NCBI RefSeq assembly: GCF_009914755.1
Contig: NC_060930.1
DNA: 64,000 nt
Source: the human T2T-CHM13v2.0 reference genome, Homo sapiens
Strand: one strand, 5' to 3'
Shown: piece after piece, positions 1 to 14,861 of the stretch
Layout of the letters: each line of letters begins with the position of its first letter
Numbering within the stretch: the first letter of the stretch is position 1
The notes under the pieces: model-generated
Told to the model about the DNA's origin: nothing
What the model saw: only the letters and a program-made list of their open reading frames with translations
Databases searched by the model: none
Made by a program: the position numbers and the translations under genes

Positions 1-124
1 AGTAGAGACAGGGTTTCACCATGTTGGCTTGGCCGGTCTTGAACTCCTGACCTCAAGTGATCCACCCGCATTGGCCTTCCTTAGTGTTGGGATTACAGGC
101 GTGAGCTGTGGACCACGCCCAGCC
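1..124 (-). mobile_element. Alu (left monomer, cut by window edge)
   Basis: gtagagacagggtttcaccatgttgg...gggattacaggcgtgagc. Confidence 0.9.
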
Positions 125-676
125 TTTCTTTCAGAAGGCTTTTTTATTGTGTTTAGTCGTAACCTTGATTATGAACCATTTAAGGAGTTTTCTAATTATT
201 CTTATTAACTGTTACTAGATAAAATGTTAATTTATGTTAACCATTTAAAAAAAATTTTTTTAAACTCAAATTTGTCCGAATAATTAACCATTTTTGTAGG
301 GTATATGGAGGCCAGTATCACTCCAAACATGAAACAGCAGTGTGTCATAAAAGGTGGAAAATTATTTTATTCACTGCATCTTTTGACACTTATATGATTT
401 TGTAAAAAAGTCAGTTTTGAATAAATCCTATGTATGTGGGTGGGTAGAGGTGTCTCTGTCCCTGGCTAGTACAACAGGAACTTTGTAGTTTGAGCATTGG
501 CTTTGAATTAGTTATGCATCTGACACTTATATCCTTTAGGTGTTGAATACATGTCACTGTGAGATATTTCTAAAAGAGAAACTTGCTAAATGTGTGATAA
601 ATACTAGGTCAATGCTTCTTACCCTTTTTTGTGTCATAAACTGCATTTGAGAACCTAATGAAAACTATGGACTTTT

Positions 677-745
677 CTTTGTTTGTTTGTTTGTTTGTTT
701 GTTTGAGACAGAGTCTCGCTCTGTCACCCAGGCTGGACTGCAGTG
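677..745 (-). mobile_element. Alu 3'-end fragment (~40 nt) with (TTTG)n tail
   Basis: (tttg)n followed by gagacagagtctcgctctgtcacccaggctggactgcagtg, after which Alu similarity stops. Confidence 0.85.
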
Positions 746-789
746 TCTCCCTGCCCACATGTGTGCACTTTTCTAAGTAAAGAGTCCTG

Positions 790-1125
<336 letters not shown>

Positions 1126-1779
1126 TTACATTCAAGTTCAGGGAATTCTTAGTTTTCATGGTTGAAATATAAAGTAATAATGGCTTTGATGCCACAGCTA
1201 TTTTTAAAATATTCCCTATGTTTTGTACATGTTGTATTTAATGATACACTGTTAGACATTTCTTTTCTAAAACTATATGTGGTATTTATATTGGGAATAC
1301 ACAGGGCCTTTAAGCCCCACATTTCCAGTAAATTCCACATTGACCTTATGTGTTCAACCACAATTACCAATTACGTTCTCCTTAGTGAGGAAAGCTTTAA
1401 AGTTAAAAATAGGAGGTTTTATTTTTTCTTCTAAAATTTTTTAGACTCATTTAAATTTTTCTCAGTTTACATAGCTTTTAATTAAGAAAGTTATAGTTTT
1501 CATGAGACAAACCTGTGTGTATCTTTGATTACATCTTTGATGTTGGGTCATGTTTTATTACCTCTTAGATAGCAACTTGCCATTTGTAAGGTTTTTATAA
1601 TTCCAAAAGGCATTGTTCCTCTCAAGTGAACAATTCTTTTCCCTCTGTTAGCTACCAACAGGTCACTTGGTCTTGATTGCTGGAGTGTAGACAGAAGCTG
1701 TTGGGGATAAGACATAACGTAGTCTGTTCCTGCTCCTGCCTGCTGCTTCTGGGACTCGGATTCACTCCGCCTGCCCCAC

Positions 1780-2215
1780 CCTGGGTTGTCATGGGCTCCT
1801 TTCACTCTCAGATGAGCCCTGCTCTCTCCTGTCTCAGATCCTCTGCACATGCTGTACCTTCTGTCTTAGCAGCCCCCCACTTTCTGCCTCCTTTTTCTGT
1901 GCAATTTCTTCGGAACTTTTATGTGTCAGTTGAAATGCTCCTTCTTCAGAGAAGCCTTCTTTGTTACCATCTTCCTAGTTCTCCAGGTTAGGTCCTATCT
2001 GCTGGTGGGCTTTGTCCCAGCACTTTGTTCCCTGTAATCTTCCTCCATAGCATAATTCATAAGTATACTTGAAATACACTTGTGTATGTAATTCTGTGCT
2101 AACTCTCCAGTTCTCTGTAGATTGAAAGCTCCATGAGGGCAGGAACAGTAATGTGTTTTTTCCTCTACTCCTAGCACACCTCTTGTCTGGTGGGGTCATT
2201 GTTGAATGAAATAAA
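1780..2215. mobile_element. L2 LINE remnant
   Basis: L2 3'-end-like motifs: gaaagctccatgagggcagg, ttgttgaatgaa. Confidence 0.5.
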
Positions 2216-4382
2216 GACATGACTGTGATTTCCCTTGAGGTGCTAATAGTGTAATTTGACACACAATGTGGTATGAAACAGATAATGTGTATTTTCACCT
2301 GTAAGTAAATCAATCAAATTATTAGAATAAAGACCCAAGAAAACAAAAAAAAACAAAAGTGAATAAAAGAAAATGGTGTACATTTAACACATTTATATCT
2401 TCTTTGTCTCATCCCTTATAGAATCCTGTTTTCAATGAAAAAGAAAAAAGAAGAGTTGTTGTTAATTCAAAATTACCGTTCCCTAGTTTGAAAGGCTGTT
2501 TTCTATTTCAACACACGCACACCGGCACACACCCAGGCTCATGTGAAAGGAACGGAGACTCAAGCCTGATCTGATGAGGCTGTGTTAGAAGTGCTGCACA
2601 TTGACCTTCCTGGAACGCAGAGTGTAATCCCTGCATTTGGTACGGAAGATAAATAGCTATCTGAAGGAGACGATTTCAGTTAGACCTTTTATTTGACATA
2701 TACAGATAAATAAACCAGGCAGAATCCCCACTTTTTCTCTCATTTAACTTGTAGCCAAGCTAGGTCTCCCTGGAGCTGAATTTAGATGCAGTATCTTATC
2801 CAGAGTAATACCTTTATTTATAGCTGAGGAAATTTAGGATGGTTAAAAAGCTTCACCAAAGATGTGAGTCCTAGAGCGGACCAGAGAACTGGCTCTCTGA
2901 ACTGCCAGTCCATACTTTCTCCTGGTCTCTCTCTCATGCTATGCTCTCTCTCCACCTGGAGGGACTTTGTCCCACAGGAGAAGTGATCCTTATCAGTGTG
3001 AGCTACAAGTGAATGGTCTGCTGAAGATGGGAGGGCCTTGGGCCTTAGAGTTAGATCAGGACTCCAGTTATGGCCCAGACACTTGCAAGATGAGCCATCC
3101 TTTTCCCTACTCTGGGGCCCAGGAATTATGCTAGTACCTGTAGGAATCCTTGGGTACCTCGCATGTAACAGAGCACCTCCCATCATCAATAAGAATTGAC
3201 CTCCTGTGCAAAGGATCCTTCCCTAAAATGGTTCTATAAGGTTCTGGTAAAGATGAAATGAGACTGTATGATATCGAGCATAGTACTTACCAAGCATGGT
3301 AAGTACTCCGTGCCTAACGGTAGCAATTATACTGTTACAGTGAAAATTCTTCATAACTTAATGGGTAACAAATTACAGAGCTGATTGAAAACATAAACAA
3401 GTATAAATGTTTTATTCCCATTTAACATAATTTTATTGTTTTTTGACCATTGTCTTAATTTTGAGTCTTCGTTCATCTGTCTTTTTCCAGCTTTATATGA
3501 AAAGGTAGCACTGGAGTTTAACTAGTACAGAGTTTTTCAATCTTCCACCATCTGTGTAACACCTTATAATTTTTGCTGTATCCTTGTACCACCTATCCTA
3601 TTATTTTCCTTTTTTTAAAATTTATTCTCTTTTTAGGCAGTCTATTTTAGAAGGAAACTTTATCATGATAGTAAACATGGAAAACCTAAATAATTTTGCC
3701 ATAAATAGAAAATAATTGTAACAATAAATGACTGTAAGCACATTATACATGTGCCTCCAGAAGTCTTTTAAATACCACATTATGAAAAACATTGCATGTG
3801 GTCTTCCATCATGCTAACCTAAAGCCGTTAATCAGTATGTTTAGGTTATGCTTCTTCACTCAGCCTCCTGGAGGAGGAATGCTAACTTCTCCATGAGGAT
3901 GGAAGAGCAGAATTTGCCGTTAAAATAGGAAGAAAAGACATGATTTATGGCAGTTGATCAGACTCTGTTTATGGCACTGGTGCATGGATCAGATGCTGCT
4001 ATGATGATTGTTACAATAAATATTTCCAAGCCCTGTTTCAGACTCTCTGGTCAGAATTTCTTGTGGAAGATACTGAAATCTGTATTTTTAACAGGAAGGT
4101 CAAAAATTCTGATGCACATACCAGTTTTGGCAGTCACTGTTTTAAATGGCATTTTTTCAGCCTATCATTTTGAAGTTGTTTACAACCACAATTACCAGTG
4201 TATCTGTAAAGAATTGCTTAATTTTATAATTTTACATTTTTAAGTTTAGTTTTGGCTCTTAGTCTTTTATACCTGTACAGTAACATCACAATTATTAAGC
4301 AGTCATGAAACTATTCAATGTAATATAATTAAGTCTTAAATAAACTTTTAATTTTGGAATAGCTTAATTTAAATTTTCTCTC

Positions 4383-4680
4383 TTTTATTTTTTTAAGAGA
4401 CAGAGTCTCACTCAGTTGCCCAGACTGGAGTACAGTGGTATGATCATGGCTCACTGCAGCCTCGAAATTTTGGGTTCAAGCGATTCTCTTGCTTCACCCT
4501 CCTGAGTAGCCGGGACTACAGGTGTGCAGCACCAAACCTGGCTAATTCTTTTGTTTTTTTGCAGAGATTTGTGTCTCACGATATTGCCCGGGCTGGTGTC
4601 AAACTGCTGGCTTCCAGTGATCCTCCCGCCTCTGCCTCCTAGAGTGTTGGGATTATAGATGCGAGCCGCCACACCCAGCC
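4383..4680 (-). mobile_element. Alu (AluJ-like)
   Basis: Antisense dimer with gatcatggctcactgcagcctcg. Confidence 0.92.
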
Positions 4681-5327
4681 CCTAGAGTAGTTTTAGATTT
4701 AGAGACAGTTGCAAAGATAGTACATAGAATTCCCCTATACCCTATGCTCAGTTTCCCCTTTTATTAAATTTTATATAACTTCATATATTTGTCACGACTA
4801 ATGAACCAATATTGACACTTTGTTGTTAACTAAACTCAGAACTTTATTCAGATTTCATTTGTTTTCCCCACATGTTCTTTTTCTGTTCCCAGATCCCATC
4901 CAGGGACCACATTAGTTGTGTCTCCTTAGCCTCGTTGGCTGTTAACAGTTTCTCACACTTTGTTTTTGATGACTTTGACAGTTTTGAGAAGTAATGATTA
5001 GGTATTCTGTAGAAAGTCCCGCAACTTGGGTTTGTCAGGTGTTTTTGTCTTAGTTTGAGGTTACGGGTTTTTAGGAGGAATACCACAGAGATTAAGTGAC
5101 CTTGTCATCATATCATATCAGGGGCACGTGCTGTCAACATGGCTTACCACTGATATGTTAAGCTTGATCGCCTGTTTGTTGTCAGGTTACCCCATTGCAA
5201 TGTTACTTTTTTTTCCACCTTTCTGTCACCAAAGTGTAGCCCACGCTTAAGGGGTGGAGAGTTCAACTCCACCTCCTTGAGAGGAAAGTATGTAAATTAT
5301 TTGGATTTTTATTTTCTGTACAGGAGA

Positions 5328-5457
5328 TACGTATGTATGTATGTATGTACCTGCCTGTCTGTCAGACTGTCTGCCTATCTGTCCATCCATCCATCCACCC
5401 ACCCACCCAGCCATCCATCCATCCATCCACCCATCCATCCATCCACCCACCCACCCA
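5328..5457. repeat. Compound microsatellite (TATG)n-(TCTG)n-(CCAT/CCAC)n
   Basis: Directly visible tetranucleotide arrays. Confidence 0.9.
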
Positions 5458-6449
5458 GTAGTTATCAATATGGGCTCATGGTTGTAATCCAGTGTTACCT
5501 CATTTGTTTTGTTGCTCAGAGTGTCCCACCTTCGGCCAAATGGGAGTTCTTTGAGTTGGCTCCTGTGTCTCTGTAACATACCTGGCAGTTCTGTTTTTGA
5601 ATATTCCTCACTTGCTGGTGATGCAGGATGCTCAGCTCAGGCTTATACTGCAACTTCCTTGCCCTAGTCCCACAATCAGCCATTTCTCCAAAATTCTCTT
5701 ATTGGAGAGTGGTATTGGGAACCAAGATCTAGTCCCTGGATGAACGAGCTCTTTCTGTGCCGTCAAAGCAAAGGTGAGAGATTTTTGTGCCCAGGTTGTC
5801 CTGATTTGCCTTCCCTACTCTAGTGTCCGTTTTCCGTCACCAAATACTTTGGGAGAATATGTCATATGCTCATATTTCCTTGTTTTATCCTCCCAGCAGT
5901 TGGAACTAATGTTTTGAATGTGTGATGTGTGTCATAGGCCATATTTACAGTTAACTAATTTTGTAATCCAAATTTTAAGAAAAAGTAACTTCAGCTAAGG
6001 AGATCCAGGCAGCTCATCTGTCCCCTACAGAGATGGTTCTTCAGTTGCTTGATTTCTAAGAATGCCAATGATATAGAATGTTTTTTCCACAAGTAAATTT
6101 AATTTAGAATAAGGAGATTTTAAAAAATGTTCTTATTTGCGAGAAGAGTGGGTAGAAGATCGTAATTCATTCTTGAGTGAATTAACCTTTAATTAAAGTT
6201 TTAAACGTTTTTCTTGTTTCTCTGTAAACTCTTTTATGTTTTGTCTTTGGCATAAGCCCCTTTGTTTGTTTTTCCTCCCAGCTTTGACAGTTTTTTATCT
6301 TCCAAATTTTCCTGTCTTAGACCTATGGTTCTCTTTAGTTAAGCCTAAAACAACTGTTTGAATGAATCATGATGTTTATTTTTTGTTGCTTTCCCTTGAA
6401 TAGTTTTTGGTTGGCATTTCATGGTAGAATGTACCCACAGTGACACTGA

Positions 6450-6847
<398 letters not shown>

Positions 6848-7759
6848 AGAAGGAAGGCTTTTCTTACAGTTTTGATTTTCTTCTCACTATCCTATACACA
6901 TATGATCTGGTATTTATCCTCAAGACTTTGGATGAAGATATATATAGACACACTCACACAATTGTTGGAGGTAGTAGATTTGGTAAAAAATAAAGCACCC
7001 CTGCAATATGTCTTATTCTTTGTCTTCTGTTTTTAAGTACTCAAGTATTTGCAACAAAATTGCAAAAATAACAGAAATAATTATGTTTGTCTTTTTATGT
7101 GTAATGGGACTCATTTATATTGGAATGCCCAAAGGGTTCTCTCTCCTTTTTTTTTTTTTTTTTTTTTTTTGTAGTTCTCATTGGAAAGTCTGGTTAACCA
7201 GAATTGAATTAATTAGTATGAAGTCTTTAAAGTGTTTTGTTGTGTTGTATTTATATAGTTTTATGAGAGTTTATTTTCTGAAAGCCTTCATCTGAATTAT
7301 AAACAGCTTATAATTATTTTTATTTCTAATGATGAGTAAAAGTTTATCCATGTGGGCTAATTCGTCTCTTTATATATATTTGTTTTCTATCTTTATGCAT
7401 TCTTTTTTGTTTTATTTAGTTCAGGACCGATAAAATATGCTATATAAATCTATGAGTGAAACAGAAGACTTTATACCAGAAGACATAAATCAGGCAGGCC
7501 TCATCCACTTACCTACTTTTCCAAGACCTGGTCCTATTCATTTCTTATATAAAACTTACCAACTGATGTTCACAGCATCATGAATGCGGATAGCTAATAG
7601 TCTACTCTAGAATACAGAATGTGATACAGGCAGTGATTTTTCTGTCCCCACCAATTGAACTATATACTTAACAAGAGTTTCTGGTTTGTTCCTAAATCTA
7701 TTTAGATCTTTACTTTTTAATTGTGATTGTGTAACTCAGTAGACTATTATACAAATCTA

Positions 7760-8130
7760 TGAAATGTGAGTGTGAAAGAGAATTGTAGCTTCTACATAAA
7801 TTAACTTGGAATGCTTTGCAAAGTGTCAGTATAGGTGAGTAACATTAAAAAAAAATTGCCTTCAAATTAGGTGTAAGAGAGAACTGTGAAAGCTTAGGAA
7901 GAAAAATCATGAACATCCAGAAAAATCGCTCTACAAAAGTCTTTAAATTCTTGTTCTATTTTAGAGAAATAGAGTGGAGATTGTAGATGATGCATTGTGC
8001 AACATCTGATAAGCCAGAGAGTTGACTCGGAACTTCCATCAGTGGACCCGCACTAAAAGACAAGGCTGTAGCCCTCATTAAAGTAGTGGTTGATTAAAAC
8101 CCACTCATGGGTTTAAAGCAAAAATAAAAT
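7760..8130 (+). mobile_element. TcMar-Tigger DNA transposon remnant (decayed transposase N-terminus)
   Basis: acttccatcagtggacccgcactaaaagacaaggct translates to TSISGPALKDKA, resembling the CENP-B-type HTH motif PISGPILKEKA of Tigger transposases. Confidence 0.55.
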
Positions 8131-8154
8131 GTAAGGTTTGTATGTGTGGCAGTT

Positions 8155-8606
8155 ACATATTACAGTTTAACAAACCATACCAATGTTTAACAGCTTAAAA
8201 TAAAAACCATTTATTAGCTGTCATGGTATTGAGTGGTTTTTCTGCTACTTACGGTGTTGGCTGCAGAGCAGGGACAAATGGAGATCCAAAATAGCCTCAC
8301 TCATAGGGTTAGCAAGTTAAGTTGGTGCTGGCTGTCAGCTGGGAGCTCCCCAAGTTTGGGCTAGCTAGCTTCTCCTTCATGCACTTCTCCACCTAAGTTG
8401 GGCTCCTTACCTGGTGGCTAGCTTTCCCAGCAGTACACAGGTGGCCTTCTTAAGGTTTAGGCCCGGGACTGGTCCAGTGTCATTTTTGCTACATTGCTTG
8501 GGTTAAAGCAGTCACAAAGTCATTCCACATTCAAGCGTAGATATGCAGGTTTGTGACCATGAGGAGGCCGGTTTCATCAGGGACCCCCAAAGTAACAGCT
8601 GCCACA
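8155..8606. mobile_element. MLT1-type MaLR LTR remnant
   Basis: taacaaacca...cagcttaaaa...catttattagct start, aaagcagtcaca and a terminal ctgccaca. Confidence 0.6.
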
Positions 8607-10339
8607 GTATATTTTTTTTGTCTGCATGTTTCATTGTTAATGTTTTTGTATGTATGTTTAATTAACTGTCCAAGCACAAGTTCAGTGGCATTGGATAAGA
8701 CTTCTAAATTAAAGTGTTTACAAGAAAACAATAATTTGATTAAAACTTGTATTCTTACTAGTAAGTGTGGGGGCGTAGGGATTTCATTATTGGCAAAAAT
8801 CAACAATCCTTCATTCTTGTAGCCTTTAAAAAATATATTTTAAAAATAGTGAAATGTTATTGTATTTTAAAAGGATTTGGATAATGATTAAATCCAAAGT
8901 ATAGAAGATAAACTTACTTGATTTGTTTATTCAATCAGCAAGTAGTTTTGAACACATAATCTGCACCAGCCACTGTTCTAGACACCGGAGAAGCAGTGGT
9001 AAGGATGACAGGCTCCTGCTCTTCAGTAATTGTTGGGGAGATAGCTTCTTATTCATTTCCATAGGAAATCTTTTTTTTTTTAAATCTACATTTGTTTTAA
9101 AAAGATGAATTTTCATTAAAAAACAAGTCTAAATGTCTATCTTGAAAAATAAGCAAGATTAGTTAGGTTTGTAAAGACCCTATGCTCTGAAACAGTGCAA
9201 AAGTTAGATAGTACATGTTGGATAAGCTCGAGGTTTGACCGTTCACCTGGAGGTGAGCTGATAAATGTTCAGCTGTAGATTGATGATAAAGATAACTAAC
9301 ATTGATAAATTGACTCGTGTAATATGGATAACTTATTAATAAATTGGCTCTTGTAGTATGAACCAAACATACAACCTCAAACTGAGCTTAGCTCCCTTTG
9401 ATTAATACTTCAGGCCAAGCAAGCTATACACATTGTTTAAAGAAAAAGGAAACCTAGAAAATCTATCCCTTCTGCCTATGTCCCTCCTCTCTTTCCCCCA
9501 ATAGCAGAAATCTCCCTAATACTTATTACCTAATAGAGAATAGGTGGAGGTGGATGAGAGAACTTCATACAGATGAATATTATACTTCACAAGTGGTTAA
9601 AATATCCATTTATTTCGAAGGATGTCGCTAAATGAAGTGTTTTGGGTTTTTTTGGCGGGGGTGGTGTTGGGGGGCAGGGGTGGCTTTTGCAGAACCACAG
9701 ATGTTTTCAGACTCATCTAATCCGACTTCATCATTTTACAGATAGCTATTTCAGGCACCATTGTGGTTTACCTAATATGTCAGAGCAGAACTATTTAACC
9801 CTAAGTAACTTGAATTTTTGTTTTGTTTTCTTTTCACACATTTTTCCTCTAAAACCTACACCAAACTCCCTTGGGTTGAGTTCAAGACATACTTTGCCTA
9901 GACCAGACTGTAGTGTAATAATAGTACTTTAGCAGGGTTTTATGGTAAAAGAGTGAAATGTTTTACGTGACTGTCAGAAGTTTAGTACCAGAAAGACATT
10001 TCACATTTGCATGTTATTAAACACAAGTAAGACAAATGTTTCAGGGCAGCTGATGTAGACCTTGTACTACTTTGCTCATCCCAAATCATTGGTATACATG
10101 TAAACATTCTGAACTGGTCGGCTGACCACATTAGCTCATCTCACATGAACGATTACAAAATGAGGTTTTGGATGCTTACGGTTAGTTAATTGAAATGATG
10201 CAAGTTCTTTTGAACTTACCACTAGTATTTTTCTGGATTTTGTGTATAAGTGTTTTGTTTGTTTGTTTGTTTGTTTTAAAGAAAAAAGAATAAAACTTTG
10301 CTTGATTTCTTTCCCTCCTATTAATATGTTACTTCTAAG

Positions 10340-10830
10340 CTAAGGCCCTCAAACTAAGTTTTCTCTGGCTGCTTTTAATATTCTTCTCTTCGTCATTGGT
10401 TTTCAGCAATTTGGTTATGATGTACATAACAACAGACTGGGAGTTTTCTTTATAGTTCTTTAGCTCAGAGTTTGTTGGATCTGCGAGCTTATGGTTTTCT
10501 CCAGATTTGAAAAATTTTCAGCCCTTCTTCAGAGATTTGTTTCTGTGCCTCCCTTCTCTAGTTTTGGACTCCAGTAACACATGGTTAAACTGCTTGATAC
10601 TGTCACACAGGGCACTGGTACCCTGTTTTTTTATTTCTCCCAATCTTTTTCTCTCTGATTCATTTTCAATAGTTTCTGTTGCTGTGTCTTCAAGTTCACT
10701 GATGTTTTTCTGCTGTGTCTGGTCTGCTGTTAAACCCATATTTCAGATATATTTTTTATCATTATAATGTCTACTTGAGTCATTTCTGGTCTGTTTCTTT
10801 GGGTTTTTCTCCTGGTTTGGATCATATATT
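10340..10830 (-). mobile_element. Old L1M fragment (ORF1 region)
   Basis: The minus-strand ORF 10518..10739 (KNISELEDTATETIENESERKRL) resembles the L1 ORF1p coiled coil. Confidence 0.65.
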
Positions 10831-10842
10831 TTTTTCTTTGGT

Positions 10843-11126
10843 ATTTTTGTTTGTTTGTTTGTTTGTTTGATTGAGACAGGGTCTTGCTTTGTCACCCAGG
10901 CTGGAGTGCAGTGGTGCCAGCTCAAGTGATCCTCTCGCCTCCGTCTCCTTGAGTAGCTGGGACCACAGGTGCATGCCACCACACCTGGTTAATTTTTTGT
11001 ATTTTTTGTAGAGATGGGGTTTTGCCATGTTGTCCAGGCTGGTCTCAAACTCCTGAGCACAAGCAATTTGCCCACCTCAGCCTCCCCAGGTGCTGGGATT
11101 ACAGACATGAGCCATTGCACTTGGCT
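10843..11126 (-). mobile_element. Alu (AluJ-like) with (TTTG)n tail and an internal deletion
   Basis: Antisense Alu dimer. Confidence 0.9.
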
Positions 11127-13617
11127 GGTAATTTTTTGATAGGATGGAAAACGTTGTGAATGTTATTTATTAGGTGCTAGACTCTTTTTAAAAGAAAGTT
11201 TCTTTAAATACTGTTGGATTTTGTTCTGACATGTAGGTGTTACTAAGTTGCTTGGATGGAATGTAAACCAGTATCTTTTCCAACAAGTGAGAATACCATG
11301 TTGACTGCATTAAGTAAATCCTAAGAAAATATTAAATTCATTTTAATTACGAATTATAAGTATAGTGGCTGGTAGTACCATATGACATTTTCCTAACTCG
11401 TTTTCTGTGATGCTTAATGGGTAAGGAAGGATAAAATATACTGTGTTTTGTCTTATTTTAATATTTTGTTTATGACAGTATTCATCTTCGTTTCAGTGTG
11501 ATTTTTAAATGTTTACTGCTAGAATAATTAGATAATTTAGAAATACTTTGAAGTCAGTAGTTGTTCATTGTGTCTATGTGAATGTATAAGGATAAGACAG
11601 ATGACTTTTGGTTTTGTAATAAATGCAGATCGGAAAACAAGGGACTGTTAGCTTCTATAGAATTATTACAAGGATTTATTCTTGTACTTTTATTTGACAG
11701 TACAGCCACATTAATTTTTCCATGTGTAGAGAAATAATTTGTCTACAGTTGGAGGTTAGCACAACACAAATATTCTTCTGGGTCCCCAATGTAAAGTCTT
11801 CATAAAAGTTAGCCTTTTTATTATATGTACTTTCTTAGACCCTCTTTATCTGCTAAAGCACAGGACTCAATTCCCATGGCATGTAGATCCCACAAAGGTA
11901 CTTCTTTATTTATTTTTAAAAAATCAGCTGTGCTTGTCTTTTTAGATCGTGACGCTCCTCAGGTCGGGGGGCTTGATATTTGGATCACTGAGGTTTGATA
12001 TTATCAGTCCCTCCTCACAACAATTCTCCTCCACTTTCACTCTGCATTGCATTAATTCATCATCCACACAGTACTGCTAGATACTAGCAAAACAGACCAT
12101 TTTATATTTTTCGTAGCCCTTTATTTCCATTACTTTAATTTTAAAAACACCTTTACAACTGAATTTCCTGAAATGGTTAGAATGTAGACCTTTAAAATTC
12201 CAGATTATTAGTCTTAATAGTCTTAGAAAGATTCAATAATGGATGCTTCACCCACCAGGACGGCTGAGACATGGCCTTAGCTTCTGAGTTCACATTCCTC
12301 CTCACCACAAAGGATGTGTTTTGAAAGAGATTTTGTTTGCTATTTCGTATCTGACTTCATTTTTCTAATTATCCTGTTATTCACTGCTGTCTGGCTTTGA
12401 TGTATTTAACTGACTAAACATTTATGCTATAGTTTCCTGGCAGTTACCATTCTTATGTGTTAAGTGCATTATTATGAAAAGCACTGAATGAGAGCCCTAT
12501 GCTGGACAGTCCTGGAGATTCAAAAGTAATAAAATATAGTCTTTTCTTAGTGTTTCCTTTAAGTATATTAAGTGTGGAAATTAAATGAAAACAGAAACCT
12601 TATAATATTGAGTTCGAAAGAATTCAGCAGATGTTTCAGATGTTAAAAGTGCTTCCAGGCCTACACCATGCTCAACTCCTAGGTGAGCTTCTCTCTTAAG
12701 GTGAAGCAGATAGATGAGCAAGAACTCAGGTTCCCTCACTGAGCACAGTGACCTCCCAAGGCCTGTGATATGAGTGGTATCAAGCATTTAGTGAACACTT
12801 ACTATATTCTGACTCTTTTGTTAAGTGTACATTATTGGGTTTAATCCTCATAGGAATAAGTATTTATAAGTCTAAGTATTTATTATTCTTATTTTGTAAA
12901 TGTACACAGAGAGAAAATTTGTCCAAGGTCCACCCAGCTAATAGGCAGTACAGCTAGGATTTAAACGTGGGTCTACTACACCACCAAGGCTATGCTGCTT
13001 TTCATTCCAAACAGTGTTATTAACCACTGCAACACATGGAAAATAAATAAATGATTTTGGTGCTTATAGCCATGTTCTTTAATCAGTCAAATCAACTATT
13101 ACACAGTGAGTATAGAAGAAGTGGGTGTAAGAAATTTCAAGTTAATCTGTAAGATTACACTTTATTGTGTGATGTTATGAGACTTAAATAATGTAGTTTA
13201 AGGAAATAGGTGCATTTAAAACGTATTTCTAAATTTGCACATGGTTTGAAGTTAGCTTTCAGGGCATTTAACTCGCATGTCTTGTGTGTACACATATGTT
13301 TAGGAGCACATGTGTACTCTCATAAAGTATTTAGAGTGGTCTTTAAAATGCAGTTATTAAAAAATCAGTTTTTGACCTATTAGGGATCTTTTGTAGATTT
13401 CAGTACTGTAAATTTTTATAATTCTGCAATATTTTTATTTTTCAAAAGGTAATTTATTTTCTGCAGTTTTGTCAATCTAATTCAATAATAATGGGATCAT
13501 ACATTGTAGAGTAGCTTTTCTGTTTCCCTTATGACTTTGAAATAGCTTTGATTTTATATCAAGATATGAATTGCCAGGAAGAAATGGATTATATACTGGA
13601 TATAATTTGGAGTTATG

Positions 13618-13667
13618 TTTATAAAATATAAAGCATATTTATATAAATATAAAGCATATTTTATAAA
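13618..13667. repeat. AT-rich ~21-bp tandem duplication (aaatataaagcatattt x2)
   Basis: Directly visible. Confidence 0.75.
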
Positions 13668-14670
13668 TGTTCAGAAAGAGGTAGACTGTGATGGTACATA
13701 TTTGGAAAGAATTTCATGATTGATTCCTTCTGTTTCACTTTTTAAGAATTGTATTTGCTCTCAATTTGTATCATTAAATTTTATTTTGTTAGCTTTGAGA
13801 AATTGAACTTTGTCAAAATAGTGATATTATTTGAGAAGTTGGCCAGGGATAGAGAATTGGCAGGCAGTGTTTTTAGAGAACAAATTAATGAGAAATTGCA
13901 TTTTGAAGGTGAAAAGAAACAATTTTGTTTTTCCTCTTTTACATCATCCTTCTCCCCTGCACCTTGAGTTCTGCACTGTGGTTTTTTTCTTCCCAATTTT
14001 TTATTGTGTTAAAATACACATAAGATAAAATTTAATGTTTTAATCATTTTCAAGTGGTTCAGTGGTATTAAATACATACATAATGTCTGCACTGTAATTT
14101 TTATCAGACAACTTAGGAAATGGACCTGCCATACTTTCTTGGTACTTCGTGCTTTGCTGTGTGGATCATAGCAAAGTGCTCCTATACATTCTGTTTTCTG
14201 TGTGTTTCAAAGACAGAAAGAGGCGAGGCACTGAAGTTCAGAGCAGGACTGAACTTGCCCACTCATCAATTAAGCTGTCAGCAGCTAGCACATAAGTACA
14301 TTTTTAGTTCTGTCTGATTTGTATCTTCTAGTCCTTCGCTGGTTTTTCCTTAAGGCGTAAGTTTTTAGTTCTATATTTCATTTGTGTTAGAAAGAGCTCT
14401 ATAAACAAGAGAAACAGAAAGCATAACAGCTCTACCCATGTGGTACTCCTTGTTCATGGTAGGAGAAGCGGCAGTCACAATTATTACTCTCTTCAAGCAA
14501 AAGAAAAGTTCTCCTTTTGAGTTTTCACAGGTAAAAATGAGGAGGAGCACAGTGCTGAAGAGATTTTTCTGTACAAAAGTTTTACAAAGAATTATTTAAA
14601 AAATTATAAGTAAATTTGAATTCACTTAACTGTGTTGCTGAATATTTTCCCTGCACACTGTCTTTCATAG

Positions 14671-14861
14671 GCAAGAGGGCACATTGGGAGATTCAGCTTG
14701 CAAGAGTCCTGAATCTGATCTAGAAGACTTCTCCGATGAAACAAATACAGAGAATCTTTATGGTACCTCTCCCCCCAGCACACCTCGACAGATGAAACGC
14801 ATGTCAACCAAACATCAGAGGAATAATGTGGGGAGGCCAGCCAGTCGGTCTAATTTGAAAG
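14671..14861 (+). CDS. MAP3K4: MAP3K4 exon 2 (191 nt; (R)QEGTLGDSACKSPESD...GRPASRSNLK(E), ~aa 51-115)
   Basis: Acceptor tctttcatAG|G at 14670/14671 and donor AAAG|GTGAGT at 14861/14862. The translation matches the recognised MAP3K4 N-terminus, and the phase-1 end joins exon 3 (G|AA = Glu). Confidence 0.97.

Larger units (their letters stand above)
4340..5745 (-). mobile_element. Old L1 (L1MC-type) 3' region, interrupted by an Alu and a microsatellite
   Basis: ttgcaaagatagtaca, gttaactaaact and atcagccatttctccaa motifs; clearly homologous to 35795-37330. Confidence 0.7.

Noticed and set aside
5247-5579. ORFs with GWMD/HPSI repeats
   Set aside because: Translations of the (CCAT)n microsatellite.
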